IMG/VR virus record: IMGVR_UViG_3300037391_000017 | Coordinates: 39,415 to 103,414 of that record | DNA length: 64,000 nucleotides | Strand: one strand, 5' to 3' | DNA from: a virus | In this document: positions 22,201 to 30,631 of the stretch, in pieces | How the letters are laid out: every line of letters starts with the position of its first letter | Numbering within the stretch: the first letter of the stretch is position 1 | Notes under the pieces: model-generated | Database searches by the model: none | The model's input: only the letters and a program-made list of their open reading frames with translations | What the model was told of the DNA's origin: nothing | Position numbers and translations under genes: made by a program

Positions 22201-22867
22201 CACCGCAGTGACACCTACGTCGATCACCGCCACACTTTATGGGGTGAACTCTCCCATGTCGTGGGCACCATCCTCAGCGGTAACAAGCCCCGGAACCATA
22301 AATCTCATGGATCAATCGGGAGTCGTCGTTCAATACCCCCTCTCGGATGGTGTTCTAACGGCGGCGGGAGCGATCACCAGTAGCGTAGCCGCAGGCGTTA
22401 CCTATGGCGGGCAGTTCGGAGTGGTTGGAGCAAGTTTTGTGGTAGGTGGTTTGGTTTACGCGGGTATGGGCGGCGTCCTGACGCAGAACTATGCCGCGAT
22501 CACCGCTTCGCCTCTCACTATCACCGCAACCGCAACCGCTGGCGGCGTGCTTACCGTCACAGCAACCAGTCCAGTTTCGCTTGTCGGGGCTTCCGTGCTC
22601 CTGTACGACACAGCCGAGACCAGCACTTTGAACGGTCAAACGTTCGTCGTCACATCTATGGTTTCCTCGGGTTCCCCGCCGACCTACACTGGTTTCAAAA
22701 CCAGCAGCACATCTACGTCGGGCGTCACCATCCCTGATGGATTGAACAACTCGTCGGACACGGGCACCGCCAATCCAGCCGTGGATTATATCGTCTGCGT
22801 CGGTCGGGCGGTCTCAGGCACCGAACTCATCTACGAGCCCCACATCCCAACCCTCGTCGTCCCGTAA
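19280..22867 (+). CDS. Virion structural protein with CBM5/12-like module
   Basis: AWLVGTNYLAGDVVVYNSTFYIAL...PDTNPATW carbohydrate-binding-like motif; Thr/Ser/Pro-rich. Confidence 0.6.
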   Translation: MGSAPSGSLFPILTPGAIVRHTPAGDPTIEQYYHQAMEDGRLLEACVGDANNWLLEMKMRITKDINTWLSMNQLAVDGQLGHRPRVPKYIADSIQLLHTVSQYQKELAGVATALNQNITLLLTMKNTLTGYVQSTLNALANLLNNICNWNLPKIPSLPVLLASGHFNWNGFQFSPLQGFAKSIGNLPNLNFNFSFSQCNLLSLGANPTTQPSSITTLGGLTINPSGLFTPPLGGTIATGTETPAQMQAITTPPIYGPTFNPNSSMLGAVPDPHTIIDNYQMPPATYQSNIVSIVPALRGDTIEPTDPDYANPNLTVRQAKLRQDLVHYITLEQVVASNYDPFITSAWLFYLQICRTGRGGNWITNFQAAYNQYIVPSLTSLANNPVPWNNVLGSLGDFYEGAWLVGTNYLAGDVVVYNSTFYIALVANTGFEPDTNPATWQTPIPTDIVYQNTPTDIPLIDVLTAAGAGTQAQLNILWKLSYVEASLLGYTRTTLWDGGGDSNYLSGFTGTDLDYEPTAIVTTNTTSEILGSGTAAYPVSVIIPTAIKVIFDEVVAQATLNIANDITYQSPYPKFKYVYDQFAEATLVDRFTQFWRTFNYNLLVLLAQDPYLVSFVVTYEGALDSAIDPLGDPTDYNAVSADAASRNRGWTPGTPLLNIPTAPIVAYVNSTPPTSANNGWLSPTQFDANAFLMRPDVQALPIPTQLAMLRTNISYAGLSLFLQQAITGFNTAITNAQNAIASASQLGFYVSANGQTVTSPVPVVFTTTGANNFDMSGYVTGPSTFTIQNAGNFAGYGEIDWDVTTAGSFTITVTQNGIPISTTTSDLVVGSPEAMQFSFTGNFAIGDVIQVIAQSTSSSQILTTGYFSMIQTSSTPAPAPPSVVVMDDSSQFTADATMIAGTVVQVQPDGGIAPLNLFVSSLDSTLGTNAQIIAPNQILVTVNGHYFVPSDIITFTGTSGITPAVNGPTVAAIVTAVTPTSITATLYGVNSPMSWAPSSAVTSPGTINLMDQSGVVVQYPLSDGVLTAAGAITSSVAAGVTYGGQFGVVGASFVVGGLVYAGMGGVLTQNYAAITASPLTITATATAGGVLTVTATSPVSLVGASVLLYDTAETSTLNGQTFVVTSMVSSGSPPTYTGFKTSSTSTSGVTIPDGLNNSSDTGTANPAVDYIVCVGRAVSGTELIYEPHIPTLVVP

Positions 22868-22974
22868 CCAGTAACTCCATTGTTTTCAACGCAGGGATAA
22901 CCCCTTTCTTTTCAACACATGATGTAAGTCCTTTGTTTTCAACGTATAATTCCTATCTTTTCCTGATTATGGGC

Positions 22975-22983
22975 TGGTATAAT
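22975..22983 (+). promoter_or_regulatory. Extended -10 promoter (TGGTATAAT)
   Basis: Perfect TGnTATAAT in the AT-rich gap before the accessory and lysis genes. Confidence 0.6.
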
Positions 22984-23026
22984 AGTGGGAGCGATAGTAA
23001 AATGGAACGAGAGAAAGGGGACGACT

Positions 23027-23563
23027 ATGAAAAACATACGAGCACTTCTGGTACTCGCTGTTCTGACGATCACCCCGATTTTCGCTCGGGCACAGGCGGT
23101 GGACACCGACAAGGTGCACTCTCTGGCGGTCGCTATCGCCAAGGCTGAGGGCTTCGGCGTCAAGGGCACCGTCCCTACTCGCTACCACAACCCGGGCGAC
23201 ATCCGCAGCCGCCTGCCACACGCCTACAAGGGTCAGATCGGCCTCAACCATCAGGGGTACGTGATCTTCAAGAACGACAAAGCTGGCTTCGCGGCTCTCG
23301 AAACAAATCTGCTTCTGATGGCTTCGGGCGATTCCAAGTTCTATGGCCCTAGCATGACCATTACCAAGGTCGCCAAGGTGTACGCTACTGGCTGGCGGCT
23401 CTGGTCGAAGAACGTTTGCAAGACCCTCGGCGTGCCGCCGACCACCACCCTGCGGGCGTACTTCACGCCTGAGGAGATCGTGGCTCCGACCGTCCCCATG
23501 ACCTCCGTGATGATCGAACTCCCCAACATGGGAATTGTGCTTCCCATTCTTGCGGAAAATTAG
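23027..23563 (+). CDS. Secreted lysozyme-like (NPG-motif) protein
   Basis: Signal peptide MKNIRALLVLAVL...AQA; AIAKAEG...RYHNPGDIR...YA...W pattern similar to the N-terminus of 11306. Confidence 0.55.
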   Translation: MKNIRALLVLAVLTITPIFARAQAVDTDKVHSLAVAIAKAEGFGVKGTVPTRYHNPGDIRSRLPHAYKGQIGLNHQGYVIFKNDKAGFAALETNLLLMASGDSKFYGPSMTITKVAKVYATGWRLWSKNVCKTLGVPPTTTLRAYFTPEEIVAPTVPMTSVMIELPNMGIVLPILAEN

Positions 23564-23575
23564 TATCATAGAAGT

Positions 23576-23824
23576 ATGAAAGTAATCCGCGTTGATTTAC
23601 CACCTGAATTGCATGAGTACCTAACGACCGTCATCAAGCGGTATTCGTCAGCGGGCATCGACCCCGAAGAGGGGATGATCCTGTTCCACCTGTGGGACTT
23701 CGTTGCTAAGCGAGCGCAGGTCATCGAACTCGACATGCCGAAAGCCACTACCGCCCCCACTCCGCAGCCGCCAGTTCAGGTTCCTAACCCACCAGCCGAC
23801 GAGGATGATCTAGGGGATCGGTAA
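23576..23824 (+). CDS. Hypothetical protein
   Basis: Translationally coupled ORF. Confidence 0.6.
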   Translation: MKVIRVDLPPELHEYLTTVIKRYSSAGIDPEEGMILFHLWDFVAKRAQVIELDMPKATTAPTPQPPVQVPNPPADEDDLGDR

Positions 23825-24096
23825 TGCTGCCCCTTCTTCGCCTCTTCGTGTTGCACCATCTGCATCTCGCAATCGCAGTGGACGCCGCGCTCCATGGCTT
23901 GACCATCGGCCTGTCCATTCTCGCGTTGATCTGGACTTTCAAATTCATCAAAGCGGTTAGAGCCCATCCCCGAGCAACCAAAAAAGCGAAGTTGATTTCC
24001 TACTGCATGGTTCCGATTGTTCTGTCCTTCATCGTCAATACGTTCCAGAGTTTTTATGCTTGTGCTACTCAGTATCACCAATGGTGGAATCGATAA
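23824..24096 (+). CDS. Small membrane protein (two hydrophobic segments, possible holin)
   Basis: Two hydrophobic stretches separated by a basic loop; near the endolysin candidate. Confidence 0.45.
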   Translation: MLPLLRLFVLHHLHLAIAVDAALHGLTIGLSILALIWTFKFIKAVRAHPRATKKAKLISYCMVPIVLSFIVNTFQSFYACATQYHQWWNR

Positions 24097-24497
24097 TGAA
24101 ACGCATCCTCGCTGTCGTACTTTTCGCACTATCCGCAGTGGCTTTTGCTCAAACCCCAACTCTCACAGGCAAGTGGACAATCGAATGGATGAAACCGGGA
24201 GGCAGCAAAACAAACAAGGTCACGCTGACGGAGACCAATTCCCTAATCACTGGAACCTACGCCTCTGACTACGGCGAAGTCTGCAAGGTCAGTGGTCGTT
24301 CCGCCGAGAGGATCACGCTTCGTGTCGAGTGCGCCTACTGGCACATGACGATGGACGGCAAATTCTCGGATGACGAGATTGACGGCACTTACACTACCTC
24401 GGGCGAAACCCCTACGAATCGTCATTGGGAAGGCGCGGGCGAGTTTGACATGACGAGAGACGCCTGCTGGTTGCCTGAGGGCTGCGGCGGCAAATAA
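24096..24497 (+). CDS. Secreted beta-rich hypothetical protein
   Basis: Signal peptide MKRILAVVLFALSAVAFAQ; LTGKWTI start. Confidence 0.6.
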   Translation: MKRILAVVLFALSAVAFAQTPTLTGKWTIEWMKPGGSKTNKVTLTETNSLITGTYASDYGEVCKVSGRSAERITLRVECAYWHMTMDGKFSDDEIDGTYTTSGETPTNRHWEGAGEFDMTRDACWLPEGCGGK

Positions 24498-24673
24498 TGG
24501 CTGATCTAGACAACCCATATCGGATGCTCCCGACCGACGACGGCGGGCAAAGCTATCAGATGGAGTGCGTCTTCTGTAAAGAGTGGGGCAACATCATGTC
24601 CCGCAACCCGTTCGCCCACACCGCCGACTGTCCAGCGGGTATTCGTGAAAAGCAGCTTTCACCCTCTAAATAG
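24497..24673 (+). CDS. Small Cys/His protein (58 aa)
   Basis: TAATG coupling; MADLDNPY...CVFC...HTADC. Confidence 0.5.
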   Translation: MADLDNPYRMLPTDDGGQSYQMECVFCKEWGNIMSRNPFAHTADCPAGIREKQLSPSK

Positions 24674-24687
24674 AGGGATTGAAGGTC

Positions 24688-25473
24688 ATGCTAGACGATA
24701 AAAGCTTGCTGGAACTGTGTTTGAGCATCTCAGGGAAGTTTGAGGCCGTTGGCGCTCCTTCCTACTCCGATGTCGCGGGCAATTTTGACGGCATGGGCAT
24801 CTCCTGCGGTGTCCTCCAGTGGAATGCAGGCCAAGGCACCCTACAGACCCTCATCACCGCCATTGGCAACGCCATGGGCTGGGACAAGGCCAAGACGTTC
24901 TTCTCCTCCGACATCCAGCAGTTCAGCACTCTCAAGCCAGCAGACGCTATCGCGTGGTGTCAGCAGCACTACCTCACGACAGGTTCCACACAGATCGATC
25001 CGGGGGCAAAAGCCCGCTGGGTGAATTTTCTCGGCCAACCCGAATCCATCGCCGCACAGGTAGCCTCGGCAACCAACGGCGTTCTGGGGCACGCGAAGCG
25101 TGAAGTCACCGCGTACTGCCCTGATTATGTGGATGCCAATCGTCCGTATGCGTTTTTCTTTGATCTCGTCACGCAGGAAGGCGGCATGACAGTGGGACAC
25201 CAAACGGTGCCTCCGATTCCATCTGGTCAGACGCCTGATGTCTCAGACGCCCTCAGCTATGCCAGCACGCAGGATGGGGTTTGTGCGATGACGTGGAAGA
25301 TAAACTCGGACAGCGACAACCTCGCGAAACTTCTCCTGCACTACGCTTACGCTCGTTCGCAATTCGCGAATTCCAAATTTCAATGGGATACTCTCTCGCG
25401 GCGAGGCACCATCGCATGTCGCGGCGGTCGAGTTCACGAAGCCACGCTTGACCTTACGTCGATCCTCGATTAA
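24688..25473 (+). CDS. Putative endolysin (lysozyme-like glycoside hydrolase)
   Basis: SGKFE...AGNFDGMGISCGVLQWNAGQGTLQ and FFFDLVTQEG motifs. Confidence 0.6.
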   Translation: MLDDKSLLELCLSISGKFEAVGAPSYSDVAGNFDGMGISCGVLQWNAGQGTLQTLITAIGNAMGWDKAKTFFSSDIQQFSTLKPADAIAWCQQHYLTTGSTQIDPGAKARWVNFLGQPESIAAQVASATNGVLGHAKREVTAYCPDYVDANRPYAFFFDLVTQEGGMTVGHQTVPPIPSGQTPDVSDALSYASTQDGVCAMTWKINSDSDNLAKLLLHYAYARSQFANSKFQWDTLSRRGTIACRGGRVHEATLDLTSILD

Positions 25474-26102
25474 AGGGCTACGTCCAAATACGCTAAATCT
25501 TGGGCAAAATCGATACTTACAACCATGTGGGATTGAGAGGAATCGCCCGATACGGGAATTCCCGGGGCTGGAGGACTGCCTTCTATCAGGGCTGGTGCCT
25601 GATTCCCAGCGTCAGGTGTGTAGATGATGCTGATGATCCCGTCCGCATACGAAAGACCCGAGGGCGTGAATCCTTGAATCGCTAGTCCGGGTGTGGGTAA
25701 GAACGCCACGTAGTTGTTGCTCATCATGTACTGATCCGCCATCCCGAACGTCATCCACATCTTCAACTCATCCGCCTGCGGCACTGGCGTGCTCTGATCC
25801 AAGATCGTCATAGCCACGGGAGAAAGCAGTATTAGACCATAGGTGGGAAACGTCGCCTGATCGTCACGGTCGGGCTGAGGCCCGCTGGCGGTTGGATTAC
25901 TGAACTCTTTGTACCACGAAGCATAGATTGGGGTTGGCGGCGAACCGGGGGCAAATTGCTGTACTCCGTTGAGGTAATAGGTTCCATCTGCGGCGAAACC
26001 TGTGTGATTGTTTGTCGTCGGAAGATAAAAGGAGTCGTTGTTGTATGCCTGAATCAGGCAAGTGGCGACGATGTTCTGGGTGAGGTAGTTGTAATTCGCC
26101 AT
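25470..26102 (-). CDS. Hypothetical protein, virion-like composition
   Basis: AGGAG RBS on the minus strand; Pro/Gly/Tyr-rich; two GSPP motifs. Confidence 0.65.
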   Translation of the reverse strand: MANYNYLTQNIVATCLIQAYNNDSFYLPTTNNHTGFAADGTYYLNGVQQFAPGSPPTPIYASWYKEFSNPTASGPQPDRDDQATFPTYGLILLSPVAMTILDQSTPVPQADELKMWMTFGMADQYMMSNNYVAFLPTPGLAIQGFTPSGLSYADGIISIIYTPDAGNQAPALIEGSPPAPGIPVSGDSSQSHMVVSIDFAQDLAYLDVAL

Positions 26103-26200
26103 GATTGCTCCTACAAATGAGGGGCGTAGACCGAAAAGATGGCTCCCGAACTTTATTTTCCGAGGGTGAAAACAATAGTTTGACTTTCAGCCCCTTGGTT

Positions 26201-26737
26201 ATGGGGAAGCTTCCAAGATACGGTCGGCTAGTCGTTTGGGAAAAGATTGGCGAGGATTGCGTAGTGCAATGCGACTGCGGCAGCCCAAAGAAGGTTGTGG
26301 CTTGGAGTTCTCTCAAGTCGGGGGCGACCAAAAGTTGCGGTTGTCTTCGTCGGGAATTGCGGAAAAAGTACACGTCGCCCGTCTATGTGCTGAGAAACAT
26401 GGTGCTTGCTCGTTACCGTTCAGCGGCCCACAAACGGGGACTCGAATGGACGCTAACGAACGACCAGTGCAACATTTTGGTCGGCAGCGTTTGTCACTAC
26501 TGCGGCAGTAGTCCATCGGCTCTTCAGACCGCGAAGTGGACGAACGTGATTTTTGCTTACAACGGATTGGATCGAAAGGATAACGCTCTCGGGTACACCA
26601 CCGAAAACACCGTGGCCTGCTGCAAGCTGTGCAGTCATGCAAAAGCGGCGATGTCGTATTCCGAGTTTATCGCGTACCTTGTCAGGGCGGGAAGTTATCA
26701 GATGAGACAGGAATTCACGCTCAAGGCGGCAGTGTAA
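26201..26737 (+). CDS. Free-standing HNH-type homing endonuclease-like protein
   Basis: YGRLVV...CDCG...SCGC N-domain; CHYCG...NGLDRKDNALGYTTENTVACCKLC. Confidence 0.8.
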   Translation: MGKLPRYGRLVVWEKIGEDCVVQCDCGSPKKVVAWSSLKSGATKSCGCLRRELRKKYTSPVYVLRNMVLARYRSAAHKRGLEWTLTNDQCNILVGSVCHYCGSSPSALQTAKWTNVIFAYNGLDRKDNALGYTTENTVACCKLCSHAKAAMSYSEFIAYLVRAGSYQMRQEFTLKAAV

Positions 26738-26740
26738 AAT

Positions 26741-29700
26741 ATGGGCTCTTTCACTTTCGATTGGCAAAAAACGTATCCGACCGTCGTGTCCAGAACTCTT
26801 GATCCGACCTCAAAATCGCTTGTGACCGTCGTGGGTATGCACGACCGTCAGATCACCGACGCCGATATCAACCTGATTCAAGACCTTCAGGACTACAAAC
26901 GTCGGCGACAACTTAACGATCAAGTTACATCGGGTAGTCTGACCTACACCCCATTCCAGTACGCGACGTTGGTCTCGAACACGTTCTATGTTCCAGCGTT
27001 TGACATTCTTTTCAACGGCGAAGTGATCTCAATTCAGGGTAACAACTCATCCAACCTGACACTCAACGCGGTGACCCTACCCAATCCCCCTGTTTGGTCT
27101 CCGGGCACGCAAGAAGAAGATGCGAGACTTTACATCGCCTTCGTTGAAATCTGGTATCAGTCGTTGAACCCCCAGACGGGGCAGGGGTATTACATCGACC
27201 CGATCACAGGATTGCGCTACTTCTATCCGTATGGCGGCGTCAATCCAGTCTCTACGAACGCCGAGATAGTTCCCGACGATTCAGTTGATCCATTCCAAGG
27301 ATTGTTCACTACCGAGCGTGCACAGATTCAATGGCGCATCAGCGTTCAGCGTGTGGGACTCAACTACAACTTCTCGCAATTCCAGTACGGTCTCGATCCA
27401 TCGACTGCGACCCCAGCGTTCCCGAACATTTCCATGGCGGTGTACCCGCAAGCACTTCAGTCGGCTCCCATCACGCAATACACATACGCGAACATGGGCT
27501 CGCTCAACGGCGATACGGCAGCGTGGCGTGCAGGTGATGGCAACGTGTACAACTCGCTCGGCACCATGGACGGTTACAGCTACGCCTTCCCGCTCGCGGT
27601 CGTCTTCCAAAAGAACTCAGGTAATTTCGACATCGTTCAAAATTTGTATGGCTGTGGTAACGCCAATCCGCCTTACCCGATTACGTCGGGCACCAACGGC
27701 CTGCTCTCTTCGGGCATTTCGGGACGTTTCGATTCCCGCCTTGCTGACCAGATTTTCCAAGACAACGTGGTAGACACCCGTTCGACCATCAATCTCGCGG
27801 GCTGGGACATGGATTCTCTTTGCCGCTATGGGTTCGGCGACCTCGTACAGGGTGAAACTCAGCTTGCAATTTCACGCGGTGACCTGTCGGTTTCAGCGAC
27901 TTCGGCAGAAAACTGCGGTTCACGGTTGAACTACTACGTCGCTATGTCTCCGACTGGCATCATCAATACCAATACGATTGGCGCATGGGATGGGTTCTCG
28001 AACGGGTTTAGCACCGATCTCCGCACTTTCACGTCCACTATCGCGGTTTCGACCAGTAACAAATCGTTGGGCAGCAACGGCAATCCGTGGATCAGCGGAC
28101 CACCACAGGGTGACGCATTCACGATTACCTTGCCAGTCAATACGACGGCAACCATTCAATCTATCGCCGTAACCGCATTGGTGACCAACCCATCGACGAA
28201 CACTATCACACCCGCCGCCCTGCTGAACGGGCAGGTGACAATCAATGGGCTCGGTTCCAAATCGGTAACCGTACAGTTGACAGACGCGCTGGGAGGCACC
28301 GCATTTGATCCGGGCGCAAATCCCATCTACGCAACAATCGGGGTTCAATATCCCGCAGGGGGGAGTGGTCTCGTCCATGTCCCGTATGTGATTGACGGCG
28401 GTCAGTTGTTCGACAATTCCACGGGTATCACGATGCCCGTATACGGCGTTTCGGAGTACGAAGTGCAGTCGTCACAGCTTGCGTTGCAGGCATACCAAGT
28501 TTTTGCGGTCAACCCCGAATATTCGGATACGCAGTTCGGCACTCGAATCTGGGTTCAAATTCCGGGTTCAACTGGGCAAGCACAAACGCTGGGCACTCAG
28601 ACGTACACCACGTTCGTGATCCCCCGCACCGATCTCAATGAGTCCGTGAACGGTCTATACGGTATTGTAGCGTTTGATTTACTGACCAACGTGAATTACC
28701 CCATCTCAAATCGCGTGGTGAATGGGAATAATTTTGTCCTGACAATTCAGGCAGTAGTTCCCACAACTTCCACCATGGTTGTCGTTTTCATCGCACAGAA
28801 CACCGCGCAATTAGCTTACAACGCTCCAGTCAAGGGCGTCACCGAGATTGAGGAAACAGTTTTATTCGGTAACTTCAATGGGTCTTTCTTCACGATGGAT
28901 CAACGTGTGCAGGTGGTTTCGACGGTGTACAACGGCGCGATTGCAAACACCACCACGGTTATCTTGGCGGCTCAGCAGCCCAACATCAGCACCCTATCGA
29001 CTGGGTGCAGCATCAAAGGCATCTCGGGCGATGATGCGGGAAATCGATTCGTCTGGATTTCCGACAATGCCTCACCTACGCCCAACTTCACAGCTACGGC
29101 CATACCATCGACCAGCATTACCATCAACAACGGCGTCGTCACACTGATTATTCCGGGCAACCTGTCAACGGCCCAGTTCTTCTTTGTGGGATCAATTCTC
29201 CCCGCATTCGATCCACTTTCAAGTCTGATCGTCGAGATGCATTACATCCCGTATCAGGGCGAGGGAGTTTTGAACCGCGACTATGAGTTCCTGCACGCCG
29301 AGGACAACGCCCTCATCACGACCAACGGTACGGGTTCCGCCCCCATCGTTGGGTTGAAAGACATTTATCCGTACAACCGTGAGTTGCCGATTGCGATCAT
29401 GATGCCCGCACAGCCCGGTTGGAATGACGCCACGCTCACTAACGAAGCTCTTGAAACATTCTTCGATTCAAACTTCGTAGCAATGCGAGTGAATAACGTT
29501 GAGCACACATTCTTGGCTCCGATGCACACGAACGATTTCATCCCTCCGATTGACAGGGATATCCGCAAGTCCATACGTTTCATAGCGGTGTCCACGGGCG
29601 GTAGAGGATTTGCAACGGCGGTTCCGCATCTGGGCTTTGCAATTGCCCCGCCAACAGCCCGCACCGTGTTGGGCGTCAATCTACAGGCTACCACCGCCCC

Positions 29701-30622
29701 AATTACGTTGTACGTCAACAACGTCACGGGTCTGGACACTAACACAGGTTTGTCACTGAGTTCAGCAAAGCTGACAATTTTGTCCGCGATGAATGAGTTG
29801 CCGCCAGTCCTCAGCTTCCCGTGCGTTATCGAACTTGCGGATACGGGGGTGCCATACAACGTCACCAACATTCAGGGCAGCGGTGGATTGGAAGAAATTA
29901 CGCTGGGCGATGGTGTGAGTGAAAGTCTATTCGCGTTCGCTTTGGCTAACCTGTCCCGCGTGATTCAGGGCGAGGGTCGTTTGGTTATCTCGATTCAATC
30001 GGGAGCGACCGATCAGGCGGTCATCGACGCCACAGGATTTTCGGGTACGGGCTTAGGGCCGACGTATGCGTTCTACATTGATACGAGTCGCGTGATCTTC
30101 AATGGCATCGTGTTCAAAGGATTCCAGAGTTCCGCCATCAAAGGGAGAAATGCCGACATTCAGTTTGTAAATTGTGGCTGGGTGGATAACCTTCAAGCAG
30201 GTTCTTACGAAGAGGCGTGCGGCGTTGTCATCGACGGAGGCAGTATCACGCTGCCGAGTTCAGGTGTGGGGCACATCGGAACAGGCGGTACAAGCATCAG
30301 TGCTACGAGTGTCAACATGCTTTTGGAGACGAGCCCCGCCGCTTTGAACACGGCTCCGTTCTTTGTAGTTGAGCGCGGATCGAACCTGACACTCATGACG
30401 CACGGTGTCAGCGGCTTGCAGGAAAATCTCCCGCAAGTATCTCCGTTCATTATCGTGGCTCAAGCGGAATTGAATAGTAGCGTTGTAGTTACGGCAGATT
30501 TTCAAACTTGGGGAAGTTGCGTGCTTGAAGCAAATTCAGTCTTGGCTCAGACCGTTCAAACAAATTCGTTTCTCGGCGGTGTGATAGCGGACGTTACGTC
30601 AAGCACAGTGACACAATTATAA
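26741..30622 (+). CDS. Large virion/baseplate structural protein with C-terminal beta-helix-like region
   Basis: 1293 aa; VSRTLDP...DADINLIQDLQ N-terminus; LYVNNVTGLDTNTGLS...AKLTI motif. Confidence 0.6.
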   Translation: MGSFTFDWQKTYPTVVSRTLDPTSKSLVTVVGMHDRQITDADINLIQDLQDYKRRRQLNDQVTSGSLTYTPFQYATLVSNTFYVPAFDILFNGEVISIQGNNSSNLTLNAVTLPNPPVWSPGTQEEDARLYIAFVEIWYQSLNPQTGQGYYIDPITGLRYFYPYGGVNPVSTNAEIVPDDSVDPFQGLFTTERAQIQWRISVQRVGLNYNFSQFQYGLDPSTATPAFPNISMAVYPQALQSAPITQYTYANMGSLNGDTAAWRAGDGNVYNSLGTMDGYSYAFPLAVVFQKNSGNFDIVQNLYGCGNANPPYPITSGTNGLLSSGISGRFDSRLADQIFQDNVVDTRSTINLAGWDMDSLCRYGFGDLVQGETQLAISRGDLSVSATSAENCGSRLNYYVAMSPTGIINTNTIGAWDGFSNGFSTDLRTFTSTIAVSTSNKSLGSNGNPWISGPPQGDAFTITLPVNTTATIQSIAVTALVTNPSTNTITPAALLNGQVTINGLGSKSVTVQLTDALGGTAFDPGANPIYATIGVQYPAGGSGLVHVPYVIDGGQLFDNSTGITMPVYGVSEYEVQSSQLALQAYQVFAVNPEYSDTQFGTRIWVQIPGSTGQAQTLGTQTYTTFVIPRTDLNESVNGLYGIVAFDLLTNVNYPISNRVVNGNNFVLTIQAVVPTTSTMVVVFIAQNTAQLAYNAPVKGVTEIEETVLFGNFNGSFFTMDQRVQVVSTVYNGAIANTTTVILAAQQPNISTLSTGCSIKGISGDDAGNRFVWISDNASPTPNFTATAIPSTSITINNGVVTLIIPGNLSTAQFFFVGSILPAFDPLSSLIVEMHYIPYQGEGVLNRDYEFLHAEDNALITTNGTGSAPIVGLKDIYPYNRELPIAIMMPAQPGWNDATLTNEALETFFDSNFVAMRVNNVEHTFLAPMHTNDFIPPIDRDIRKSIRFIAVSTGGRGFATAVPHLGFAIAPPTARTVLGVNLQATTAPITLYVNNVTGLDTNTGLSLSSAKLTILSAMNELPPVLSFPCVIELADTGVPYNVTNIQGSGGLEEITLGDGVSESLFAFALANLSRVIQGEGRLVISIQSGATDQAVIDATGFSGTGLGPTYAFYIDTSRVIFNGIVFKGFQSSAIKGRNADIQFVNCGWVDNLQAGSYEEACGVVIDGGSITLPSSGVGHIGTGGTSISATSVNMLLETSPAALNTAPFFVVERGSNLTLMTHGVSGLQENLPQVSPFIIVAQAELNSSVVVTADFQTWGSCVLEANSVLAQTVQTNSFLGGVIADVTSSTVTQL

Positions 30623-30631
30623 GGATCAAAA

